Source: Squalus acanthias
Lineage: Eukaryota
Length of the DNA stretch: 64,000 nt
Reading direction: 5' to 3'
NCBI GenBank assembly: GCA_030390025.1
Contig: JASTWF010000356.1
Coordinates: 62,001 to 126,000 of the forward strand
The first letter of the stretch is position 1. Each line of letters starts with the position of its first letter. The notes below the pieces were generated by a model. The model searched no databases, was not told where the DNA came from, and worked only from the letters and a program-made list of their open reading frames with translations. Made by a program: the position numbers and the translations under genes. Positions 10,717 to 23,371 of the stretch are shown here, one piece after another.

Positions 10717-13700
10717 AGAGTCATAGAGTTATACAGCACAGAAAGAGGCCCTTCGGGCCATCGTGTCCGCGCCGGCCATCAAGCCCTGTCTATTCTAAAC
10801 CCATTTTCCAGCACTTGGTCAAAGCCTTGTATTCTATGGCGTTTCAAGTGCTCATCTAAAAGCTTCTTGAATGTTGTGAAGGTTACTGCCTCAACCACTC
10901 TTTCAGGCTCTGAGGTCCAGATTCCAACAACCCTCTGGGTGATAAAGTTTTTCCACAAGTCAACTCTAAACCTCCTGCCACTTACCTTGAAACTATGCCC
11001 CCTAGTTATTGACCCCACTACTAAGGGGAAAAAATCCTTCCTATCGACCCTAGCTATGCCCCTCATAATTTTGTGCAGCTCAATTAGGTCCCCCATCAGC
11101 CTTCTCTGGTCGATGAAAAACAACCCCAGCCTGTCCAGTCTCTCTTCATAGCTGAACCGCTGCAGCCCAGGTAACATCCTGGTGAATCTCCTCTGCACCC
11201 TCTGCAATGCAATCACATCCTTCCTGTAGTGTGGCGACCAGAACTGCACACAATATTCCAATGTGGCCTAACTAGCGTTTTGTACAGCTCCATCATAACA
11301 TTCCTGTTCTTATATTCTATGCCTCGGCTAATGAAGGCAAGTATCCCATATGCATTTTAACCACCTTATCTACCTGTCCTGCTGCATTCAGGGATCTATG
11401 TACATGCACACCCAGTTCCCTCTGATCCTTTGTCCTTCATTTGGTCCTACCATTCACTGTGTATTCTCTTGCCTTGTTAGTCATCCCAAAATGCAACACC
11501 TCACACTTTTCAGGGTTAAATTCCATTTGCCACTGTTCTGCCCATCTGACCATCCCGTCTATATCGTCCTGTAGCCTCAGTCTTCCCTCATCGCAATTTA
11601 CCACCCCAACAATTTTCGTTTCATCTGCGAACTTACTGATCATACCTCCTGCATTCATATCTAAATCATTAATGTACACTACAAATAGCAAAGGACCCAG
11701 CACCGATCCCTGCGGTACACCACTAGACCCAGGCTTCCAGTCACAAAAACAGCCTTCGAGCATCACCCTCTGCCTCCTGCCACTAAGCCAATTTTGGATC
11801 CAACGTGTCAAGTTGCCCTGTATCCAATGGGCTCTTACCTTCTTGACCAGGCTCCTATGCCGGTCTTGTCAGAAGCTCTACTGAAGTCAGTGTAGACCAC
11901 ATGAACTGCACTACCCTCATCTACACACCTCGTCACCCCCTCGAAAAATTCAATCAAATTGTTTAGACATGATCTCCCCCTGACAAAGCTATGCTGCCTA
12001 TCCTTGATTAATCCTTGCCTCTCCAAGTGGAGACTAATTCTCTCCCTCAGAATGTTTTCCAATAATTTCCGTACCACTGATGTTAGGCTCACTGGCCTGT
12101 AATTCCCTGGTTTATCCCTACTAGCCTTCTTGAATAATGATACTACGTTACCTGTTCTCCAGTCCTTTGGCACCTCCCTGTTGCCAGAGAGGTTCTGAAA
12201 ATTTGTGTCAGAGCGCCTGCAATCTCCTCCCTTGCCTCACACAGCAGCCTCGGATACATCTCGTCTGCACCTGGGGATTTATCCAATTTTAATCCCGCTG
12301 TAACCGCTAGTTCCTCCTCCCCCTCAATACTAATTTGTTCAAGTATTATACAATCCCCCTGCCTGATTTCTATGCCTACATCGTCCTTCTCCATAGTGAA
12401 CACAGATGCAAAATATTCATTTAAAGGTCACCTACATCTTCCGGCTCTATACACAGATTGCCACTTTGGTCACTAATGGGCCCCACACTTTCCCTGGTTA
12501 TCCTCTTGCCCTTAATTTACTTATACAACACCTTGGGATTTTCCTTTATTTTGCCCACCAGTGTTTTTTCATGTCCCCTCTTCGCTCTCCTAATTTCTTT
12601 TGTAAGTACCACCCTGCAGTTTTTATACTACTCTAGAGCTTCCACTGTTTTTAGTCCTTTGTATCTGCCAAAAGCCTTCCTTTTTTTCCTAATCAATTCT
12701 CGAATATCCCTTGACATCCAGGGTTCCCTGGGCTTGTTGGTCCCACCTTGAACTTTACGGGAACATGTTGCCGTTGTACTCCCTCTATTTCCTTTCTGAA
12801 AGACTCCCACTTCTCTGATGTGGATTATCCTACAAGTAGCTGATCCCAATCCACTTTGGCCAGATCCTGCCTTATCATGTTAAAATCGGTCTTCCCCCAA
12901 TTTAGAACGTTTATTTCTGGTCCATCTTTATCCTTTTCCATGACTACCTTAAATCTCGCAGAATTATGGTCAATGTCACCAAAATGCTCTCCTACTAACA
13001 CTTCTACCACTTGCCCGGCTGCATTCCCTAGAATTAGGTCCAGTACCGCCCCCTCTCTTGTAGGACTTTCTACATGCTGGCTCAAAAAGTTCTCCTGGAT
13101 GCACTTTAAGAATTCCACACCCTCTAAACCTTTCACACTCTGACTATCCCAGTTAATATTGGGCAAGTTGAAATCCCCTGCTATTATTAACCTATTATTT
13201 CTACACTTCTCTGAGAATTGCCTACATATCTGTAACTCTCTCTCCCCCTGAATGTTTGGGGGCCTATAATACACTCCCAGCAAAGTGCTTGCCCCATTTT
13301 TGTTTTTAAGTTCCACCCATATGGCCTCATTACTGAAACCTGCTAAGATATCATCCCTCCTTACTCCAGCTTTTGACTCCTTGATTAATATTGTGACACC
13401 CCCTCCTCTTTTACATCCCCCTCTGTCTCGCCTGCAGTTTCCATACCCAGGACTATTGAGCTTGCCAGTACTGCCCCTCCTTCAACCATGTCCCTGTGAT
13501 CGTAACAATATCATACTCCCATGTGCTCATCAACACCTTCAATTCATGTGCCTCACTCGCAAGTCTCCTTGCATTAAAATAAATGCCATCCAGCCTTGCC
13601 ATACTCCCTTGTGCCGTTACATATTTGCTCTGCCTTCCAGGCAACTTTTTGCCCCTCTATATTTGGCTGTGCCTCACCGCCTACTATAGCTCCACTCCGT

Positions 13701-15530
13701 ATCCCATCCCCCTGCCAAGTTAGTTTAACCCCCACCCCCCAAACAGTACTAGAAAACCTCCCCGCAATGATGTTGGTCCCGTTCCGGTTCAGGTGCAACC
13801 CGTCCGACTTGTACAGGTCCCACCTTTCCCAGAAGCAGACTCAGTGATCCAGAAAACTAAATCCCTCCCTCCTGCACCAACTCTTTAGCCACGCATTCAT
13901 CTGCTCTATCCTCCTATTCCTATACTCATTAGCACGTGACACCGGGAGTAATCCAGAGATTACTACCTTTGAGGTCCTGCTTTTTAATCTGTTACCTAGC
14001 TTCCTAAATTCTTGTGCAGGACCTCATCCCTCTTTCTACCCATGTCGTTGGTACCAATGTGAAACACGACCACTGACTGTTCGCCCTCCCCCTTCAGAAT
14101 GCCCTGCTTGTTCAGTGACATCCTTGACCCTGGCACCAGGAAGGCAACATATATACCTGGAGTCACTTCTACGGCCACAGAAACGTCTATCTGTTCCCCT
14201 TACGATAGAATCCCCTATCACTATTGCTCTCTCACTCTTTTTCCTCCCCTCCTGTGCAGCTGAGCCACTCGTAGTGGCACGGACTTGGCTCTTGCTGCAT
14301 TCCCCTGAGAAACCATCTCCCCCATCAGGATCCAAAAATAAAATCTGTCGGAGAGGGTGATGGACCCAGGGAACTCCTGCACTACCTTCCAATTCTTTTA
14401 CTCTATCTGCCGGTCACCTGTCTGACTGTGCACTCTTTACCTGCAGTGTGACCAACTTGTTAAACGTGCTATCCACGAACATCTCAGCTTCAAGGATGCT
14501 CCACAGTGACTCCAACCGCGGCTCCAGCTCCGAAACGCGGATTTCGAGTAGCTGCAGCTGGAGACACTTCATGCACGTTTGTTCTCCCTGGATAGCTAAA
14601 GTGTCCCTGACTTCCAACAAAGCACAGGAGGAGCTCTCCACGCTGCCGAGCTGCCCTGCTATATCCTACCCTTAATTTACTTCCTTGAAATGTCATAATA
14701 TTAAATACACTAGGGACCTTACTTCCCTTTAAACACTACTTACTCTAAACTAGAGAACTTACTTTTACTTTAATGACTGGAATGTAGAAATACTGTAGAA
14801 ATTCACACCGCTGGTTCTCTCTCCTCTCTTGAGCAGATTTTTAGCTCCTGCTCTCCTGGAAGCTGACAAAGATGGAAAAAGAAAGGAACACCTCCCTCCC
14901 GAACTCCCTCACTCACCAAACTCGAAGCTTATCACTCCCTTCTGATCTGCACTCCGTGACAAACTGCACTCTAGCCTCAATTATTTATACTGCTGAGATT
15001 TAAATAATTGAGCTTTTTGGCAGTTACAGAACCAGATTAGACTGCTTAATTAATTAATTACTCTCACCTGCTCTCCAGCACAGAGCTTGCTGAGCCCTTC
15101 CCAAGCATGGAAGAAACTTAAACCTTGAAAGAGCTAATTTAAATGCTAATTGCAAGCACACAAGACTAGAATTTATAAAAATAATATATTACCCTTGAAG
15201 ATTCACTCCCTCACTCACAATAATCGCAGTTTTAACACTCTGTTCCGATCTGCACTCCGTGACAAACTGCCCTCTAGCCTTCCTTATTTATACTGCTGAG
15301 ATTTAAATAAGTGATCTCTCTGGCAGTTACAGAACCAGGTTAGACCACTTAATTAATTAATTATTCTCACCTGCTCTCCAGCACAGAGCATGCTTCGCCC
15401 TGCCCAAGCCTGGAAGAAACTTAAACCTTGAAACAGCACATTTAAAGGCTAATTGCAAGCACACAAGACTAGAATTTATAAAAATAAGAGATTAACCTTA
15501 TAGATCCTCTCCCTCGCTCACCAAACTCGC
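10715..15530 (-). mobile_element. Near full-length decayed CR1 LINE (5'UTR, ORF1 esterase, ORF2 APE-RT, 3' tail)
   Basis: ORF1 pieces with a zinc-finger-like N-terminus and SGNH/GDSL motifs (IGDSIVRG, HIGTND, HLNRNG). ORF2 endonuclease (YYRPP, GDFN, DHN) and RT (GVPQGSVLGP, FADETK). Many frameshifts. Confidence 0.92.
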
Positions 15531-15532
15531 AG

Positions 15533-15972
15533 TATTAGCTATGAGGAAATATTATTTCGCCTCTGTTTGTTTTCTTTGGAACAGAGCAGGCTGAGGGAAG
15601 ACTTGACTGAGGTGTATAAATTTATGAAGGGCCTTGATAGAATCGATAGGAAGGATCTATTTTCCCTATCAGAGAGGTCAATAAACAGGGGGCATAGATT
15701 TAATGTGATTGGTAGAAGGATTAGAGGGGAGCTGAGGAGAACTTTATTCGTCCAGCGGGTGGTGGCGCCTGGAACTCACTGTCTGAAAGTGTGGTACAGG
15801 CAGAAAAGCTTATCATATTTTAAAAAGTTTTTGAAGTGCTGTAACCTACAATGCTACGGATCAAGAGCTGGAAATTGGGATTAGACTAGATATCTCTTTT
15901 ACGGTCAGCACAGACACGATGGGTCGAATGGCATCCTTCTGTGCCGTAAATTTCTATGATTCTATATTTCTG
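15533..15972 (+). mobile_element. CR1 3' end, right piece of 10085-10716
   Basis: Resumes at SYEE..LFSLEQSRLREDL and ends in a ttctatgattctat tail. Confidence 0.8.
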
Positions 15973-16296
15973 TGAGATATCTGCGCTCCACTAATTCTGA
16001 CCTCCTGAGTATCCCTGATATTAATCGCTCCATCAACTGATGGTCGTCCCTTCAGCTACCTGGGCCATAAACTGATGAATTACCTCCCTAAACCTCTCGG
16101 CCTCTCTACACATCTTTCCTCCTTTAAGACGCTGCTTAAATCCTACCTCTTTGAGCAAGCTTTTGGTCATCTCCCCTAATTTCTCCTTATGTTGCTCGGT
16201 GCCAAATGTTTTTTTATAACAATCATGTGAAGCGCCTTGGTACGTTTTACTACGTTAAATCTGCAGTATAAATAAAAGTTGTTGTTGTTGTTGTTG
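15973..16296 (+). mobile_element. L2-like LINE 3' end, right piece of 9750-10080
   Basis: Colinear with the uninterrupted copy at 17370-17700 (minus); ends ataaataaaa(gtt)n. Confidence 0.75.
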
Positions 16297-16759
16297 TCTT
16301 ATCCTCTTCTCCCACTTTTATTCCAGCAATTTACAGGCCGTGAACATGCATTTTAACGTCTGATTATTCGATACCGGAACTATAGTTGTTGCCGGTTCCA
16401 CTACAGTAACTGATCCTGGGTATTCTAAAAAATTCTATCCCATGATTCGGAGGTGCTATTTTTTACATTCAGAACTTGGACTGTAGACAATTGTTTTCTT
16501 CATTAAATAGGTTCTTTGAATAAATACTTTACTTCAATGAACTGATAAATGTGCTTAACGAGTAATGAGATTGTTTGATGCAATGATCCTATTATTGTTA
16601 GTTTGTTCCGTACTTCTCTTCTTAGATCTCGACCGCCTCTCCTGGCTCTGAATCCTCATTTACCGGTTAATTCTAGCCCGAATCGCCCAGAACAGCTGAG
16701 TCTTTCTACTGAGGACTCTGCTCAGCTACTGATTTCCATTTATATTGCTCCCCAAAGTC

Positions 16760-17365
16760 AAATAACTGCAGATGCTGGAAATCTGATATATAAACAAAAC
16801 ACGCTGGAAACACTCAGCAGATCAGGTAGTATCTGTGGAGAGAGAAACAGGGTTAACTTTTCATATCAGCGACCATTCGTTAGAACTGGAAAAAGTTAGA
16901 GATGTGACAGGCTTTAAACAAGTACGGAGGCAGGGAAAGGGGAGAAGGGGAGGAAAGTACAGATGGGTAGGTCTGTGACGGGATAAAAGGCAGGATAGTT
17001 TCAATGACAAAAGGGATGATGCTGCATGGCAAAAGTGTAAGATAATGGGACAAGTAAAGAATCAAAAGATTGGTCTAGTGGAGCTGAAAATGGCAACAAC
17101 AGAATCATTACAACACCTGCTCTCCGACAAAATGGGAGCAGTGGTTAGGACCTGAAATTGTTGAACTCGATGTTGAGTCTGGAAGGCTGTAAAATTGCCT
17201 GATCGAAATTTGAGAGGCAATTCCTTGAGTTCCTGTTGAGCTTCATTAGAGCAGTGTATGAGGTCGAGGACAATGAGGTCAGAGCGGGACTGGGGCAGAG
17301 AATTGAATTGGCAATCAACCGGAAGCTCAAGCTGCTGCTTGCGGACTGAACAGAGGTGTTCAGCA
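16760..17365 (-). mobile_element. Penelope-like element 3' fragment (GIY-YIG C-terminus and terminal repeat)
   Basis: Translation EHLCSVRK..LPV..QFNS...LNIEFNNF is typical of Penelope endonuclease ends. The terminal motif tgctgagtgtttccagc is shared with 20440-20545. Confidence 0.7.
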
Positions 17366-17367
17366 AA

Positions 17368-20300
17368 CAACAACAATTTAAATTTATAAAGGGCATTTAA
17401 CATCGTAAAACATCTCAAGGTGCTTAACAAGAGCGATATCACTAAAAATGATATTTTGGCTCCGAGCCACAGGAGATATCAGGGCAGATTACAAAAAGCT
17501 TGAAGAAAGATTTAGGCTTTAAGGAGCCTCTCAATAGAGGAACGAGAGGTAGAGAGGCGGAGAGATTTAGGGAGGGAATTCCAGAGCTTCTGGCAAAGGC
17601 AGCTAAAAGCACAACCTCCAATGTTGGAGCGATTAAAATCGAGGATAAAGAAGAGGCCAGAATTGAATAAGCACAGATATCTCGGAAGCTCTTAGGGTTG
17701 GAGGAGGTTACAGAGATAGGGAGGGACGAGGCCATTGAGGTATTTGAAAACAGGGTTGAGGATTTAAAAATTGAGGCATTGTCGGCCCGAGAGACAGTGA
17801 AGGCCAGCGAGCACAGGGGTGAATGTTGAATGCGATTCGGAGTGAGTTAAGATGCTGGCAGCAGAGTTTTGGATGAGCACAAGTTTATGTAGGGTTGAAT
17901 GTGGGACGCCAGAGAGGATAACATTGCAATAATCAAGTCTAGCGGCAACAAAACAATGGATGAGGGGTTCAGCATCAGATGATCTGAGGCAGGATCAGAG
18001 TCGAGCGATGTTACGGAGGTGGAAGTAGGTTGTCTTGGTGATGGTGCGGATATGTGGTCAGAAACTCATCTCGGGGTCAAACACAACGCTAAGGTTTTGA
18101 ATGGTCTGGATGAGCCATAGAAAGTTTCCAGGGATGGTAACATTGGTCAGGGAATGGAGTTCGTGCCGCGGACCAAAAGCTTCAGTCTTCCCAATATGTA
18201 GTTGGAGAAAAATGCTGCTCATCCAATACTGGATGTCGGGCAAGAAGTGGGACGAATCTGAGACAGTGGAAGGGTCGAGAGAGGGGGTCGTGAGGTAGAG
18301 CTGAGTGTCGCCGACATACGTGTGGCACCTGATGTGATTTCAGCTGATATCGTCGAGAGGCAACATGTTGATGAGCAGTAGAAGGGGGCCAAGCATAGAT
18401 GCTTCCGGGCATCCAGAGGTAACAGCGCGGAATTGGGAAGAGAAGTCATTGCAGGTGATTCTCTGGCTACGATTATATAGTTAAGAATTGAACCAAGCTG
18501 GGGAAGGCCAATCAAGCTGGAGGACGGAGGAGAGGCATTCGAGGAGGATGGTGTGGTTAACTGTGTCGAAGGCTGCAGATAGGTCGAGAAGGATGAGGAG
18601 GGTTAGTTTATCAAGGTCACAGTCACAGACAGTGATAAGGGCTGTTCCAGTGCCCGAGCCAGAAACCTGTTTGGAATGGATTAAAACTTGGAATTGCGGG
18701 AAAGATGAGTAGGGAATTGGGAAGTGACAACACGTTCAATGACATTGGAGGGGGAAGGGATGTTCGAGATGGGGCCGTAGTTTGCAAGGACAGAGGGATC
18801 AAGCGTAGGTTTTTTGAGGAGAGGGCTGATGACAGCAGATATGAAGGCGGTGACAGTATCTAAGGAAAGGGAACCGTTAACAATATCAGCGAACATGGGA
18901 TCCAGGAAGGGAAGTTCACTGATCAACAATTTGTTCAGAATAGGATTGAGGGAGCAGAGTGTGGGTCTCAGGAACAAGATGAGGTCGGAGGGAGCATTTC
19001 AGGAGTTGGAACTGAAACTTGAGATTATCTAGGGCAGCGGGGAAAACGTGGGGATATTTGTCCCGATGTTCTAGAGGAAGGGAGAGAAGCAGCAGAGGCA
19101 GTTGAACGGATGTTCTCGGTCTTTGATCAAAAAGTCCATGAGCTCCTCTGACTTATTGTCTTAGCTGCTGGTGGAGGAGCTGAGGCAGGGTGGTTTAAGG
19201 AGAGAGTTTATGGTGGAGAAGAGAAGCTGTGGATTATCTTTGCATTCCTGGAAGATATTTGAAAATAGAGCCATTTTAGCGATGGAGAGCATAACCCGAT
19301 AATGCAGTAAGTGGTCCAGCCAGATCTGGTGATGTATAGTTAAACCAATTGTTTATCAAAGACTGTCAAATCTTCATCTATTGGACGTAAGGCAGCGGAG
19401 GTGAGTGGTAAACAAGGGCGATCGATTACAGGAAGAGAGAGTAATAATTCTAATGAGAACAACGGCAGTAACCGGGTGGAGAGGGTGTGATTTAGCAAAT
19501 CAGTAGCTGCAGAAGTGTCTGAATAAATGGTAGGCCAAAGGCTAGAAAGTTGTTAATTTGAAAGTTTAGCGATAAGTGACTTGATGGAGATACTTTTTCC
19601 AGGGACGGATACAGAATCAAGTGGGGTTGGGTGGGGGAAGGGGAATATGGTTAAAGAGCGATAGATGGAAATGATCAGAGATTGCCTCATCAGTGATACT
19701 AACTATGGGTGTAGCGAGGCCACGTGAGATGAGAAGATCATTGGGGTGGCCGTGCGTGCGAGTAGGAGAGTTTATATGGAGGGAGAGCTTTAGGGAGGAA
19801 AGGAGGGCAGTAAATTCAGAGGAGTAAGAACACGCAGACTTGAGATGGAGGAAGGCAGAGAAGATATCTCAGTGAGAAACTTGACGTGATTTTTGCGTGG
19901 GGGGTAACGAAAGTGGATTTTAAATGAATGGCGTGAAGAATGGAACAAGGTGAGAAGCTCAAAGGGGGAGAAGTTGCGAGAGGTGTAGAGAGACAGACCA
20001 AGATGTGATTTAGCGATAAGGGCTAAAGCACCATCGCGATGGATTCAGCGGGGCAAGCGGGGACAGTTATAGAAAGGTGTGAAGCTGCACTAAGGGAAAG
20101 GTGTCATCACCGCTCAGCCATGTCTCCGTCAATTTCATGATGTCATTGCGCTCGTCTACAATTAGCTCGTGGATGGCAAGGGTTTCATTCACAAGTAAAC
20201 GTATATTCTAGAGGGAGATGGGGAGATGATCAATGATAGCCGATTGACTGGCAGAGTCCACAGGGTCAGAGTTGGGATCGATGAGAGCAACGGGAAGGAG

Positions 20301-20400
20301 GTTTGCATGATTAGTCCGAGGCAGGCGCACAGGGCGGGAAGGGCGGGGAGAGAATAGATTGGAGTAATTGGGGTTGCTGCTCGTTCGGAGCCATAAACTA
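17368..20400 (-). mobile_element. L2-like LINE, long decayed ORF2
   Basis: CSLNPI, LLKKPTLDPSVLANYGPISN, LLDLSAAFDTVNH, YVGDTQLY, IGKTE; endonuclease start (LTETWL) near 20130; (aac)n tail near 17370. Confidence 0.85.
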
Positions 20401-20439
20401 AGCTGTTTTTGGTCTCCCCAGTGTAGGGGAGAACGTTTT

Positions 20440-20545
20440 TTCAGTTCTGAGGAAAGACAAAGGACCTGAAAGGTTAACTCTATTTCTCTCTCCACAGATG
20501 TTGAGATGTTGCCTGACCTGTTGAGTATTTCCAGCATTTACGTTT
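20440..20545 (+). mobile_element. Penelope-like terminal repeat fragment with hammerhead-like core
   Basis: ttCTGAGGAaagacaaaggacctGAAAggttaactc followed by gcctgacctgttgagtatttccagcattt. Confidence 0.6.
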
Positions 20546-21185
20546 AAGTTTGATATTTCTGCCCATGTCAGTCCCCCTGCTCTGGTCCAAAGTCTAGTAA
20601 ACTCATGCTCCTCTGAAGCTCACTGTGGATGGGATCTCACCTGCCAGACATCATGATGTCATAGTGCAGACAGATTCCCTCCATCCTCCCCCGCTGGTTC
20701 ATTCGTGAAACCCAATATTGGGCCAGAAATTGATCTGGCTCTGTTCCCGCGGGGGTAAGGAGCAGGCGCGGTAATACCGTCTGCCGTTTCGGGTTTTCCA
20801 CGGAGGAACTTCATCTTCTCGGTGATTGAATGCAGGGCAGCGTATGACGTCACACTGCCCTGCAGCGCAGCGTGCGCGTTGCATCGCGTGCGATGTGGAG
20901 TGAAGACACGCCCATTAAGGTCTCTTTTCCATAGGCCACGGCCCCCGATTTTTTTCTCAATTGAATGCATTTTCCCAGCAGCTGAAGACACAATTCTATC
21001 ACTGTTCGACGTGGAATTTGCAGTAAGTTGGATTTAAATGCATGGTTTGAAAACTTTTAAAGATTTTTAGTTTAATTTGAGTAATGTTAAACATTTGCAA
21101 AGAGATTTAAAGTAATTTAAATAGTTTTAAAAGCCCAGAAATCATTTTTTTCATTGATTTTACTGTTTATAATCAGCAACCGGAA

Positions 21186-22752
21186 ATGGCTGCTATCAGC
21201 AATATCCAATTTATCAAAAGAACACAGAATTTCAGAGATGAGGATCTCCGTACACTTCTTGACGAGGTAGAATCGAAACGTTTACGTATAATTGGAACTC
21301 AGAAGTCCAAGCCGCCTCGAAAAGGCCAAATGGCAGCGTGGAAAGAGGTTGCTCAAAGTGTGACCGCAACCTCGACCATTCCTCGTACAGCTGAGCAATG
21401 TCGCAAAAAATTTCAGCGATTTATATCGAACGCTCAAGGTTTATATAGTTATAACAAAAGTCAATGTTAAAATGTCTTTACATTTAAAATGAAAAGCCTT
21501 GCAACAGTGTTTGTTTGCTAAGCTGAGTTAACTGAAGTCACAAGAAGCTACCATAAATTTTTATGGCTTTTGTAGCCAGGCAAGTCTCATAAAATGCTAA
21601 TGTCATCTTGATTGCAATGCTTTGAGTTGCTTACTGAGTTAACTGTGTGAGTGCCAATGCAGTTTTGGTGTAAAAGCCCTTACATTTCAGATTTTCATTT
21701 TCAATTTTAGAGTAAAACTGCTCACAACGCCAGAGAACGTTCACTGACAGGCGGTGGTGTTGTCACGTTAAGGGCTTTAACCGAACATGAGGAAAGGCTC
21801 GAGCATATGTTTAGATATCTTAGCGGATGTCTCTTTGGAAATGAACGATTCGACACAGGTGATGTGTGCTGAATATCAGCTTCTGTGATGTGGCACATCA
21901 TGCTTTACCTTTGCTAATCTTTACTGTTTCCTTTACATAGGTGTAGAGCATACTTCTCAGTCACGGGATGAGCAGTGCGTTGAGTCTGCAGCCGAAGAGG
22001 TCATTGGTGAAGGGCATGTTGAGCCAGTGGGAGATGCGAGTGAGGTGGTGGTGGAGGAGCAGCCAGAGGAAATTGTTGCTGAATTAAACATGGAGGTTCT
22101 GGAATCTGGGTTGCAGGAGAGGTCCTCTCAATCTTCCTCTCCAACTCCTGGCCCCTCTGGCTCTGTGCCAAACAGACAGCAGTTTGATACTACAGTGCCT
22201 GTGGGAGACACAGATATATATGCAGCAGAACAGGATATACAGGGTCACATCCACCATCTTGAAGGCTTGAGGCAATCGATGTCTTCTCTTACAGAGAAAG
22301 AAATTGATTGTCTTGCCTTGGTCAAGCATGGAGTGGAATGTCTGTTCATGTCACTTAATGAAATGAAAGATCATATCATAGCTCAGAATCAGGGAATGGA
22401 GCTTAAGAAAATAAATGAGTCTCTTGAAGGACTGTTGCAGAAACACGATTTGGGAGTGGATCTTGGGAAAATAAATGAGTCTCTTGTTGGACTCATGCAA
22501 ATAATTTCTGCTGCAATTACTGTGACTCCCTCAGAACCAACCTTACCTGCTCCCAGCGCAGAATCAGTGCAGGTCCAAGAGCCACCTACTCCGCCTACGA
22601 TGATGCAATCAAACATTGCCTTGCAGCAGCAGCAGCTGCAACAACCCTGTAAGGAGGCAATTGCTGAAGGGCAAACGACGGCAAGCAGGGCCGTTTCAAG
22701 TCGCAGCACCGGGCAACGGTCATCGGGAGCGGGAAAGCGCAAGAGACATTAG
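21186..22752 (+). pseudogene. Harbinger Myb/SANT-like DNA-binding gene, 3 coding exons (21186-21438, 21711-21858, 21941-22752), one +1 frameshift
   Basis: F..EDL..LL.EV...W..VA..V.......RT.EQCRKKF trihelix motif. Exon 2 encodes SKTAHNARERSLTGGG. GT-AG introns have compatible phases once one extra T near 21411-21413 is removed. Confidence 0.85.
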
Positions 22753-23371
22753 GGTGTTGCATGTTCCACAATGCACATCCATTGACTCTCAGGAATAGTT
22801 TATTTGTGGTTAAATTTTTCAATTATTTAATTTTCAGTTTTATTTAAAACTTACATGTTTACATTTTTTTTAATTTATATATATATTTGACACTGAAACT
22901 GAAAGTTAGCTTTTCATTGAAAAATTACAGACTCTAGTCACTTTTTAAAAATTCAAATTGTTTATTTGCACAAAAAAATTGAACATTTAAACTTTTTTAC
23001 ATTTAGGAAAAAGTTATTTTCCATCTTGAATGTCTTTACTGCATTAACGAAGCAAAAAAGTAAGTCAGAACTGTTAACAAATTTTTTAAAAACCTATTTC
23101 TGTTTACGATTGTTTACAAAGTTGAAAAGTAGCTAGTTAACATTGAAAAGTTATAAACTATGTAAAGCAACAATGAACCTCAGAAGTCTATAATGCTGCA
23201 ATAAAAGAGCACTGTTTCACTTTAAATTTTGTCTGTACCTTTATTTGCCTTGCTGGTGGAGAGGGAGTGGGAGGGGGAGGGGGAGGTACAAGGCGACACT
23301 ACCTCGTGAAGGTGTTGGCTACCAGCTGCTCCCGAGCAGCCTTACTTTGAGCAGCAGTTGGCTCTCCCCCA

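Noticed and set aside
13720..14400. Host GDSL/SGNH esterase gene
   Set aside because: It is the known esterase domain of CR1 ORF1, frameshifted and directly upstream of ORF2.
22027..22752. Standalone 241-aa gene
   Set aside because: Starts at GTG and is in frame with an upstream acceptor at 21940; better explained as the last exon of the Myb/SANT gene.
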